Shown in pieces: positions 1-11,566 of a stretch of DNA of 64,000 bases. The notes beneath the pieces are model-generated. The model was given only the letters and a program-made list of their open reading frames with translations, did not search any database and was not told the DNA's origin. This DNA comes from Gnetum montanum (Eukaryota; Plantae; Gnetophyta): the NCBI GenBank assembly GCA_015680685.1, contig MNCI01003323.1:187538-251537 (forward strand), given 5' to 3'. How positions within the stretch are numbered: position 1 is the stretch's first letter; each line of letters opens with the position of its first letter. A program made the translations under genes and the position numbers.

Positions 1-1130
1 TATGACAATTGATACGGCCAAGGATTATCTTACGCTGGGGTTTCCCAAGCCTAAACCCCTCATTTCTGTGCCCTTGGCCCCACTTTCTAAAAAGGACGAA
101 GTTACACAAACACAACCATCTCCTCCTAGCCAAAAAAAAACATAGCCCTCAACCAAATGACACTCTTCCCTGAGAAATTCATCTCTTAGGGCGAATGGAA
201 GAGGAAAAGGATGACAAATAGCCAGATCGTGGATGGGATCTCTTTGATGCCTTTACACAAGTCAAACAGGCTCTAAAACAAAAAAATACAACATTAAGCC
301 TTTATGACTTACTCATGATGTCACAGAAACATCGTGAAGCCATGGTTCGTATGCTAACGTCCATACCTGTGGACGAGAGCCTGCCAACGGATGAAGATGC
401 AATTCATTCCATTATGCTTCCCCTCGCCACTAAAAAACCTAGGCCTACCCTGTTGACCTTTCATGATAAATCCATTAAGGATGACCCAGAAAAGGGTCAG
501 GTGACAACGACGCCCACGTTCATCACCATCTAGGTTGGCCAACACCTAATCCGGAGAGTACATGTAGACGACAGGGCTGCCACCAATGTCATCCCATATC
601 CCATAGTGGATAAACTAGGACTGATTGATCAGATCAGTCCTACAAAGACATCGTGTCTAAAGTCATTCAATGGGGCATGAGTGTAAGTCAAAGGGACAGT
701 GCACATCAACTTTGTGGCAGGGGACCAATTCTCCACAAACGTAACATTTATTGTCGTCAAGGAGATGCCTGGCTTCAACTTGATCCTAGGGAGGTCTTTC
801 TTAGCTCAACTGAGGGCAGTTTCATCACCTATTCATCAGGAGATCCATCTGCCCTACGTAGGAGGGGAAGTGGTCATCCACGGCGACAAAATGATCCCTC
901 GGGCTATCAATAACATAGAAACAAAACAAGGTTCAGAAATTAAAATTTTCAAAGACCAATCCCCTATCCAAGCACTTGAGCAAGCCAAAATGATGGCTGA
1001 TGGTAGCCATATTTAGGCCGAACTGCCATTCCAAGAGGAAGATTGTGGCGTGAATGAACAAAGTCATAAATCTCCTCATCCTTATGCATCACCAAAGATA
1101 AAAGCAATTAGGAAACAACTACAGAGTTAG
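1..1130 (+). pseudogene. E1 gag C-terminus plus aspartic protease, disrupted
   Basis: VHVDDRAATNVIP active-site motif at ~557-595 and FNLILGRSFL. Ends PYASPKIKAIRKQLQS* (TAG 1128-1130). Internal TAG/TGA stops. Confidence 0.85.
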
Positions 1131-1309
1131 CTAATAAACCATGTTTCCTAATTGTCATTCAGTTTACGTGCACTTCTCCACCAGCTGTACTATACATTCT
1201 TTACAAATACTCATTACATTTACACTTATATCTACGCTCCCACCAGCTATTCTCATTGCGCTTATGCTTATCTTCATGCTTCCACCAACAGTTTTCATTA
1301 CTATTACTC

Positions 1310-1500
1310 TCATCCAAAACTATCAAAGGCCCGGAATGGCCTAAAACTATCAAAGGCCCAAAATGGCCTTAAACTAACGATTTCATTTACGCTTTACATT
1401 TGAATCATTTAGTGGGCCTGCAACGGCTTTAAACTAGTAACTCCATTTATGCTGCACGCTTAAACTAACTGCAGCTTGTCATAGCACCAAAACCTATGAT
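1310..1500 (+). repeat. Hairpin-motif array downstream of gag-PR (GGCC-N6-GGCC-TAAAACTA)
   Basis: ggcccggaatggcc-taaaacta at 1328, ggcccaaaatggcc-ttaaacta, plus degenerate copies. Confidence 0.75.
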
Positions 1501-1637
1501 TCCATTTACGCTTTATACAAATGAAAACAACAAAAGAACATTAAGCTCAAGAAAAAATTTGCATTAAATACGTTAAAAGAAAATATTATCTTTTTTTTCG
1601 TTCCATCATAATAAAAACTATGGCTAATATAGCCATG

Positions 1638-4600
1638 CTATGCATCTCCCTTGTCACCACTATTACCCATATCTCTCAGCTCCACCTCTGCTTCGACAAA
1701 GTCATCCTCATAGGGGCCACCCTTTTCATGAGGCATCTCTTCATGAAGGAGGCCCTCTTTGCGAGGCTCCTCCATGGGGTTGTTTGCCATAGCATTGATC
1801 ATCACCATTACGCTCTGTTTCTTGTAGACCCTCTTCATGAGGACCATCACCTTCATTATGTTCATCCTGCTAAGGATCCTCCTCAACTCGTTCCTACAAT
1901 TATACATAACATGCATATTGACATCACCATCAAAACTAGGTATGAAGAAAAAACAATAATACCATGACTTACCTTTTATTGTCCTGCATCAGTAGCAAAA
2001 GGGATTTGTTCTAGGCCAACCAACAGACGTTGCATAATTTCATCCTCGGTAAGCTCAGACCAAACCCCATCTCCTAGATTAGATCTGGCCTTGACCTTCC
2101 CCTTCTCCACAGGAGTCCATTGAGGTGGTTCAAGGAAGAAGGAAGGGACGGTGGTCTCCCCCCCAAGAAGAGTCATTTCCCTTTCTGGGGAGGCACTTAC
2201 CTTCACTTGCTCCTGAAACTTCTCAAATGATCTAGAAGCACCAATGATGTCGAGGAAAAGTTGAAGGGACTGAGCCTCAACGGCAGAATCCCTGTAATAT
2301 TGACGGTAGGCAGCACTTTCCCTCTTATAGACATGTTTATGGTCTTTCTGCATCTGCCCCCATTCTTGGACACTCGCGCTAAAGTCCTTCCAATCTTGAT
2401 TTTTTTGAGCTAGGAGATCCATCTGCATTCGCTGCTTGACCAGTCCACGGTTGGTCTGGACACTGTTCCTGACGAGCATCCAATAACGGGCATAATCAAT
2501 AACAGCTATCCACTAGTCCTTGTTGTTCATTCCCTGGGCCTGCAGGAATTCGTTCCGCGACCTTAAATCCTCAAACTCATCACTTAGAGCCGCCTTCTCC
2601 TTCGCTGACCTTTGCAGTCTCTTCCAAAGGTCTTCATTCACGCTTTGGCATTCCCATAAGTAGCGAGTCAAGCGTATAGCACATTTACGCATCTCGTTGT
2701 AAATGTTGCATGGCACGACAATCGCTTCCAATGGAGGTTCGGTTGCATCTATGTCAATAGGCTCTGATGGATCCTATCTAAGGCGAGCTCCTAATAACAT
2801 AAAATGGTGGTTAGGCATAATTAGGTAGCGTAATGCCACAATGGAATAACCTCTATGTAATGATCGTAATGTACCGACTTTGGGATTGATTCGAGCTAAG
2901 CGACCGATCATATCCTTGACAACGCTTTCCATAAAGGCGAATTTATCAGGCAATTCACCCCAAGATCGGGTCACCACTATTGATAAGTGTACGCCCTAGT
3001 CACCTATTATGCAAAATAAATTACATATAAAGACATAACTGAGATGTTACAATGACTAGTATAACCTCTGGAAGTAGTTGTCTAAAGTCTAGTATGTCGT
3101 GAAAGCTAAACTCATAGAGTGACAAATCACTTACCTCTTCCTGTCCCAGCCAAAAGGACTTCGGCATCCTTCGTTGATACTTCCTTTTCACGCGTAGGAA
3201 TTCGCACGCTACTTGCCCTATTGACTAGGGTCTCTTCTTCCAACACCCAGGCCCCTTCTTCGTGCTGCAAAACCATAGCCCCTATTTTAGGGGTCAACCG
3301 CTCCACAACCTTCTCCTTTGCTATCACACAACATCGTCAATTAACACAGGATTTCACTCTTGCTCAATAAACATTACACAATGCAACAGCGTCTGTATGC
3401 AACATAACCACAACCATTAACGCATTTCTCTACTTACCGACAGGAGGATTACTCCTCTAAAATCTGACCTGCATCTTCTTTCCCACATCACCTGCTTGCG
3501 CAATAGGCCCCTCGGTCAAACGAGGCTTCTTCCGTGGCACCAACGAATCCACTATTTTATCCACCAAGTGCTTCCCCCTTGACACATCACCCTTATAAGA
3601 GGGGAGCACCCCACCCACACTATCTTGACCCCATGTTCAAGGTGCCACCATATCTATAGTCATTACTGACAACGACTCCCTGATTCCTTCAGGAGGATCT
3701 TGCGACTGAGTAGTGTCGAAAACATGGGAAATCCACGATTTGGAAATCTGGATGCAGTCTTGCTGCACCCAGACCCCATTCCTTTGGACTACCATAAATT
3801 TGGCAATACGCTGGAAGTAAGCTATGAAGAAGGAAAAATGCACATTGAAACGGGACTCAAGCTTCTTGCGAAGCCTGACCATTTCAGTGTGTAGGCCTTC
3901 GACAAAATAGCTGGCCCAATTGAACCAAGTTCCCTCCTCCATGACCTCTCGCATAATCCAAGCCTATTCTATGGTGAGGATTCTCCCTTGGGAGAGTGTC
4001 TTGGGGAAGGCCCAGGCTCGAAAAAGGGGGTAAATAGTATTAGCCACCTCTAGCTCAATCTTGTTAGCAGGGATTCCCTTAACCTCTTTTTTAAATCCTA
4101 GCCACTCCTCTATCTCAGACTAATGCTTGAAAATCCTCTTTGACTTTTCCTCTATAGGAAGGCCATCAGAGGGGATGCCAAAGAGATTGACGAGCTTCAA
4201 TATTAAAATTCACACACATGTTACGCACACGTATGCAAAGACACTTAGCTTCTTCGCTGAAGGAGTTGACTAGGGTCAACATTTCACCTGCAGTGACATT
4301 GGGGGTTATGGCCAAAAATAGGTCCATCAATCTAGCTTCCCGAATTTTATTGGTTAACAAAACTAGGGCTACTCTATGGCCAAGCCAGCGTTGTGTGTCC
4401 TTTATATCACCGTAACAGAAGAAGAGACTATTTGCCTCGCGACCGGAGGCCATAATCGTAATTTCTTGTGATTCCCTGACTATCAACAAATAACAGTAGT
4501 TAAGGAAATATAACAACAATAAGACAACTTCATACATCATTTCCAGCTAATAATAGTGTACAATTAATTGTCATAATAAAATTTACCGAGCCCAAATGGC

Positions 4601-5998
4601 AAAGGAAATGGAGGAATTTTCTCTTGCATGTCCGCGACGATGAGGGGAGAATCCAAAGTCCACTCCCTATCCAGCCATCCGAGTTTTTTACACTTGGTAA
4701 AGAATTCGACATAGCAGGTAGGATACTCTAGGATTTCGAAGGCCAGTTGTCCCATGACACCAGCCCGTACATTGTTGATGGAAGTAAATTCCCTTATGGT
4801 CCTTTTAGCTAGAGACAATGTACCGTTATCACCCAGGAGGCCATTGTCATTGATGAAGAATCTACATCACAGAAGATAGGAAAATTCTTTACGCTCAACA
4901 TAGATTCAAACAGTAGTTACCATATTGTAACACCATGAAAAGAAATAGAAAAAAAAAGAACTTACCTGCCTGCATAATACACGATGCCAGGTGTAGGCGT
5001 GATAATAGCTAAACTTGGGCATCTCCTAGATCCAGATCAAATGCCTCAAACCTTTAATGCTCTGTTCGTGGTCTTGCACTCACACAGTTTCAACTGCACC
5101 GTCTGTCAAGAATGTCAAAATGCTCTGCGTCAACCCAACCAGTAGCGTCTCTAGAATAGCAGCAGCTACATCGCCTGGTAGATGTGACCAGACGATTACA
5201 CTATAATTATGAAGCAAAAACTGCAAGAACTCCCGTGCGCCCCTTCGGAACCATACCGCCTCCTTCTTTATACAAGCATGAGAAGGAGGAACATAGGCCA
5301 CGGGACTATGTAAGTAGCATAGAACGTCCACGATGTCCAAAATAATTAGGACGGGCTTTAGCATAATACTGTACAATAAAAAAATGTGTTACCATTAGAC
5401 AAATTGTTTAGACATAAAGGTTCATAATGCGATATTAGGGTTCTCTTGACTCCCAAAAATTATAGATTATACTGGAGACGTATGGTCAAAATTGCCCAAA
5501 CCCTTGCAACAGCTCAAGGTCTGTCCTTGACAACAACAATGAAGGCAAGACTACGCATTATTCTAGCGTAACATGCAACTATTATAGGCGAGAAAAGAAA
5601 AAGAAAATAGAACCCTGATTATGCTACGCATGGGTACAATACCTAGACTTTTCTGATTATACATTACATCTACACAGTATTACTCAACATTACCCAAATC
5701 CTCGTGACAACACAAAGTCTGTCTCCAACAACGAGGACAAGGGTAATAGAACAAACTGCAATAGCTTAGTCTGCGTAAATAAATATTAACGCCAGACACA
5801 ACATACACATTCAAAATAGATACGACCATGACGCTGCAACAAAGATAACAATTGTGCAAGAGGATGAAAGACAACTTACCAGTTGAGCGGAGTAACCTCC
5901 CAAGTCTCGACTCTGGCCTACGAAGCTCGCTGCAAACTCTCTTGCACTTCATCAATCCTCGCCAATTTGGCATTCTTTCCTCTGACCTTTGGTGCCAT
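1638..5998 (-). pseudogene. E1 antisense multi-exon accessory gene (FCP1/NIF-like HAD pseudophosphatase, PMD-like region, helical/acidic tail)
   Basis: Exons 5998-5880, 5368-4966, 4861-4587, 4479-3438, then smaller exons to 1638. GT-AG borders and phases match the E2 and E3 copies. Motifs LIILDIVDVL, FRRGAREFLQFLLHNYSVIVWS, GTWFNWASYF. Confidence 0.85.
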
Positions 5999-6600
5999 AG
6001 CTACAATTGAACAAATCTTCGCGAAAATCGTGTGTTTACGCCTTGCTTCTACTCCCTTTTCACTGTAGCTAGATTCAAATTCGCGATACTTATGGCCTGT
6101 TTTGAGCATGAACCACTGGTTTATAAGTGAAATGTTTGAAACTAACTAATTTTATGCCCAATCGATGCGAAACTTTCCTGGAACGCCAGTGTCAGTATCA
6201 CATGAAACGCGAAGATCGGGGCATTAATTTCATGGATATCGTATGAATTGTGGTCCGAAATGACCCTAAACTAACGCATAGCTTATCATCTCGTAATCTA
6301 GCTGCATTAACTAAAATCTGTACAAAAATTAAAATTCAATTATTTCAACACGCTAGACATGCCACGTTACACCTTTCATTTTACTTAACAGAAGTCACAT
6401 GCTAGCATCTAGGAAGCTCGGCTCGCCATTTTTTCATAAACTGTGCATATTTGTAATGGTCCACCAAGACCTTAGATTGGAAGCTTTTCTAATATGCAAC
6501 TCTAATGCACAAAATAATAAACCCTTATCATTTCAACAGATCGGCAAAAAAGATAATGTAACAACTTCCATTTTTGGCAATTTTGCAGGGCAATTCATAA
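5999..6600. promoter_or_regulatory. Divergent intergenic region between the antisense gene and pol
   Basis: TATAAA on minus at 6125-6120 (palindromic TTATAA 6121-6126). Acceptor-like ttttgcag ends 6588, 12 nt before the pol ATG. Confidence 0.55.
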
Positions 6601-9600
6601 ATGGATGCAACTTTATCCACACCGCTAGCCTTAACAGGCTCGTATGGGGAGACCATTAGATAGCTCAATTACACACTAATAAGAACAAACCCTTCCCTTT
6701 TTGATGCAACCATAGAAACATTGAAAATATCCCCAGACTGGCCAGAACATTTGGTCCGAACTCTAGACCTAGAAGCTGGTGATGTGACCGAGGACCATAA
6801 CGCAAGTGCTCCAAAATAACATTGTTGTATTTGCGTGGTCATACGAGGACATGCCGAGATTAGACCCAAGATTAATACAGCATAACATAATCTTAGACCC
6901 ACGCATCAAAGCAACTAGACAGAAGGCACAAAAGATTAAGCCAGAAATCGTGCTAACAGTGCGTAATGAAATCACTAAGCTATATCAGGTTGGTTTTATT
7001 CGTGCGGTCAATTACTCAGATTGGATGTCAAACATCGTAGTTGTCTCTAAGAAAATAGGAGGAATACGCATCTGCATAGACTTCCAGGATCTGAACAAGG
7101 CCATGATTAAGAACAACTTCCTGTTACCGAGTATTGACCAACTGATCGATATAATAGCTGGTCACGCGCTTTTGTCCTTTATGGATGATTTTTCAGGTTA
7201 TAATCAAATTCGTATTAACCTGGAGCATCAATTGACCACAACATTCATGATGCCCTGGGGGACTTTCTGTTACGCTATGATGTCTTTCGAGCTAAAAAAT
7301 GCCGGAGCGACGTATCAACGAGCCATGAAATACATCATTAGCGGTTACCTCTTAGGGAGATTGAACGACTACGTAGATGACATAGCTGTCAAGTCTATAA
7401 AGTCAGAAGATCATTCAGAAGATCTAGAGTTAGTCCTTAAACGATGTCTCAAATATGACCTATGGCTCAACCCAAAGAAATGCGTATTTGGAGTCAAAAC
7501 TAAATGCATGTTGGAGTTTGTGGTATCAAAAACTGGCATCCGAGTCAACCCCGACAAGATTAAAGCCATTGTTGATTTAATGCCACCTACAAACCTCAAG
7601 GAACTGCATGGGTTGCAGGGTAGACTGTAATTTATCAGGTGGTTCATTTTGAAGTTAACAGATAAATTACATCCTATGCAACATCTCCTTAAGAAGGGCG
7701 TTAATTTTGAATGGACCGATGACTTCCAGCATGCACTTGACAACTTGAAGAAGGAGCTGCAACACTTACCAATGGTTTTCCCACCACAAAGGGATCAGCC
7801 TTTTTATATTTATCTAGCATACTCAGACGTGTCTATAGCTACGTTACTTTGCCAAAAAAGGAACGATGGGTCAGAAGCCCCTATCTATTATCTAAGTCAT
7901 GCTCTATTTGCATACGAAACAGGGTACAATGAAGTGGAGCATAACTGTTTGGCATTGGTCTTCACACTGAAGAAATGTAGATATTATTTTTTCCATAGCC
8001 AGGTCAACATAATTTGCAAAAATAATGTTCTGCGAGCTATCTCAAACAACTTGTATGAGAGTAGTAGGATAGCTCGTTGGAAAGCTATCATAGTCAAATT
8101 CTACTTACATTATGTTGGCCAATCGTCCACTAAAGGTCAAGCTATAGCTGACCAGCTTGCAACATCGCCTATTCATGATCAAGCTATGATAGAACCAGAA
8201 TTTCCAGATGAGCATGTACATAGTCTAAACCCTGTATCAATAGGCCTCGAAGCAACGTCATACTTCGACGAAGCTTCGACTACCATAGGCGGTAGTGCTG
8301 CCACTGTCATTACACTCTCCCCTGAGGATGTGTGTCCACTAGCTTACCACCTAGCCTTCCCTTGTATGAACAATATGGCAAAGTACGAGGGGCTCCTCAG
8401 GGGATTATTGACAACCAAGGAACTCAACATTCAACACCTAGCAATCCTAGGCGATTCGATGCTCTTCATCAATCAAATCATAAGGGTCTACACCTGCAAA
8501 GCTGTTCATCTACAGCCCTACTGCGATATGGCTAAAGATCTTCTTAAACAATTCATGACAACTAATGCCCAACACGTGCCATGTAACGAAAATGTTGTAG
8601 CCGATGCACTAGCCACACTGGCATTAAACATGCCACCACATTTGTTTGCCACTTGGCCCTCTTTAATGATAGAATGTATAGACCTTGTCATTCAAGCAGT
8701 GCAAATCTCTTCATTAAACACGGGAAGAATGCCAGAATGGTACGACAACATTAAGACTTACCTTTTGCATGGTGAACCACTGCATGAGCTAACGTATGCA
8801 CAAAAAGATGCAGTGCGTAAGTGTGCTAGGCAATACATCATCATCGGAGACAGTACTCTCTATAGACGCTCTTTCGATGGGGTATTGCTAACCTGCATTA
8901 ATAATGACCAAGCACAATGAATAGTGAGTGAAGTCCACAAGGGGTTGTGTGGAGGACACGTAGCCCCGCAAGCTATGGCCGCTAAAATCAGACACTTAGG
9001 GTACTATTGGCCGTATATGGAAAAGAATTTCCTTACCAAGGTCAAGACATGTGATACATGCCAGCGTCACGCAAACTTAATACATGTGTCCCCAATCGAG
9101 TTACACACTACACAAATTACTTGGCCATTCCAACAATGGGGACTAGATATCATAGGTCCCATCATGCCTAAATCTTCCACAGGACATAGCTTCATTATTA
9201 CCACCACTGAGTATTTCACAAAGTGGGTTGAGGCTATTCCTCTACGGAAGATTACATCTCAACAGGTTTGCCATTTCATCTTAGACAATATAGTAACCAG
9301 ATTTGGGCTTCCTATTACTATTGTGACTGACAATGGGCCACAATTCAGTAGTGCTGAAACCAAATCTTTTTGCGATAACCTTGGTATCAAGCAATATTTT
9401 TCTTCACCCTATTATCCGCAAGCAAATGGTCAAGCATAGGCAACAAACAAAGTGGTCATCAACTTGTTGAAAAAGATGCTCAGCAGCAACAAAAAGCGAT
9501 GGCACGAGAAAATCCTCTATGTGCTATGGGCGTATTGTACGATGTGTAGGACAACTACAGACAAGACGCCCTATAGCCTAGTCTATGGATCCGAAGCAGT

Positions 9601-9979
9601 GTTGCCCTTGGAATTGTAGGTTCCTTCATTATGTATGGTCCTCTCCATGGTTATAAATGAGACTCAACACAATCAGTCTAGGATCGTGGATTTAGACTTA
9701 GTCTGGGAGAAGTGCATCCAGATGCTCGACACCATCGAAAGGTATCAAGACAGGTGAAGACAAAAGCATCATCGTCACTTGCATCAACGACCGATCAAGA
9801 AAGGAGACTTGGTTCTCAAAGCCATTCGTGAATCAGCAAGTAAATTCTTTGCAAGTTGGGAGGGCCCTTTCTTGGTTATCAACGCATACGACAATGGAGC
9901 ATTCAGGCTAGCAGACATCAACAGCAACGAACACCCGAATCTAGTGAATCATATGTATCTGAAGCCGTACTACACCTAA
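6601..9979 (+). pseudogene. pol: E1 pol: RT, RNase H, archaeal-type RNase H, integrase (no protease)
   Basis: RICIDFQDLNKA, LSFMDDFSGYNQI, YVDD; aRH YFDEAS...NNMAKYEGL...GDS...NVVADALA; HHCC, WGLDIIGP, TDNGPQF, YYPQANGQA; ends LKPYYT*. Confidence 0.95.
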
Positions 9980-9999
9980 ACGTAGCGCAAAGGTAATAA

Positions 10000-10392
10000 A
10001 CGTCTGCTACAACATAAAACTGGCAATGTTGTACCCGTCCACTATGACGTAAACTAGCAAGGTTGTACATGTCTGCTAAGACGTAAAATGGCATTTCTTG
10101 CACGCGTCCATCAAGATGCTAAACTGGAAAAGTTTTTGACCATCCACCATGACGTGAAACTAGCAAGGTAAGAACATGTTTGCTGAGATGCTAAACCAGC
10201 ATAGACTTGTCCCTAGGTCATGACACAAAATTGACACCCACAGCACAGATTACTGGGATCATAAACTAGCTCTTCCACCATCCGCTACGATGTAAAACTA
10301 GCAGGTTTCAGTCTGCCTAGACATTAAACCAGGACCACGGTCTGCTGAGACTTAAAACCAGCAACAATGGTCAACCAGGACTCAAAAATGGA
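10000..10392 (+). repeat. About 12-unit hairpin-motif array after integrase (NRTC-N6-GAYN-nTAAACTRGCA with 4-11 nt spacers)
   Basis: e.g. cgtccactatgacg 10036-10049 and catccgctacgatg 10279-10292. Confidence 0.85.
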
Positions 10393-11552
10393 ATCTATCA
10401 ATAGAAAATCCATGAAGCAAGCGAGCGTGGTCACTCTTGCACTGCATCCCTACTAGATGGAATGGGTAAGGCGTTGGAACAGATGCAATGCCATTACCCC
10501 ACTGGCATCCTACTGATTCCTCGGATATGCCGAAAGGCATGCTACTGATCCCTCAGAGATGTTGCTACGACAGCCACTTCATAGTTGCATCTTCTAGGAT
10601 CAACTTCGTCGCTTGGGGCCTCAAAGAAACTGTGGTCATCCATAGTTTCAGTAGCCTTCACCCATCGCCGTCACTAGATTCTCGCTTAGTAGATTCATCT
10701 GACTGGTTCTTTGCTCAGTCATTCGAGTAAGATGAATCTGGCTATTGAAGGCGATTTCATGAACTACAGCATCAACATTGGGCCCCTTGATCCTTGCTAC
10801 AGTCCCTATTTTGTGGCCTACGCTCTCCTTTTCACTTCAGGCTACGCTTGTTTCAACAGCCTCCCTAGCGATTAGGATGATTTCTTTTGGCTCTCTGCTC
10901 TCTATTATGTTTTGCAGGTTACTTGTTATGACAGCGTTGATTGAGAATGCATTCATTAGGAGGCGAGGCATCACAGCATTCTGAGGTGGTTGCTCAAACT
11001 AGCCTGACTACTTGGAAGTGCAGACCCTTCCTTTTCTCCCTCCATCGGGTACCTTACTTCGCTTTCTCCTTCCCTTATCCTTACGACTGCCTTTACCCTT
11101 TTCTTCGTTTGTATAGAGTGTGAACATTTAATCAAGTACTTCGCATCATCATGTCCATGAACTGGCGTAATGTAGCTTGCCTTGTGGAATGTCAAAAAAA
11201 GGGGGGCAAGGCTTGGCAAAATGGATGTAAAACAACTCATCCAGGCCATGTGGGCATAACACAACTCATCTATGCAAGCCCTTCATGTGCAGTATGGTGG
11301 CGTAACTTCTCGCAAAAAGATGCCTAATGATGTGTTCGCGAGAGTTTCATGTTCACATACTTGAGTCTTCCCCGAATCTCCCTCCTCTCACTTCTATAAA
11401 ATTCCTCCTATGCTCTCTCCCCCCACCTTCGCACTTCCAAGTTTTACAAAGCGACATTTGAGCAGTTGCCGACAGACACTGTCGATGCCTTTACCTCTCA
11501 GGTGTTTCGTATTCTTTGTTGACGTATTTTGGGCAAGCCCTCTAAATGTCAA

Positions 11553-11566
11553 CAAAGAGGGGCCAT
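11553..11566 (+). other. E1 polypurine tract
   Basis: caaagaggggccat directly before the LTR start; E3 has the equivalent caaagagaagccaa. Confidence 0.7.

Noticed and set aside
1638-5998. Host gene interrupted by transposons
   Set aside because: The same gene occurs four times, always at the same position and orientation relative to PR, so it is element cargo.
10000-10392. CRISPR-like repeat-spacer array (also 55222-55572)
   Set aside because: Repeats are degenerate, spacers are only ~4-11 nt, there are no cas genes, and the context is a plant retrotransposon.
11191-11210. aaaaaaagggggg as the E1 PPT
   Set aside because: Not followed by the family LTR start. The tract at 11553-11566 aligns with the E3 PPT-LTR junction.
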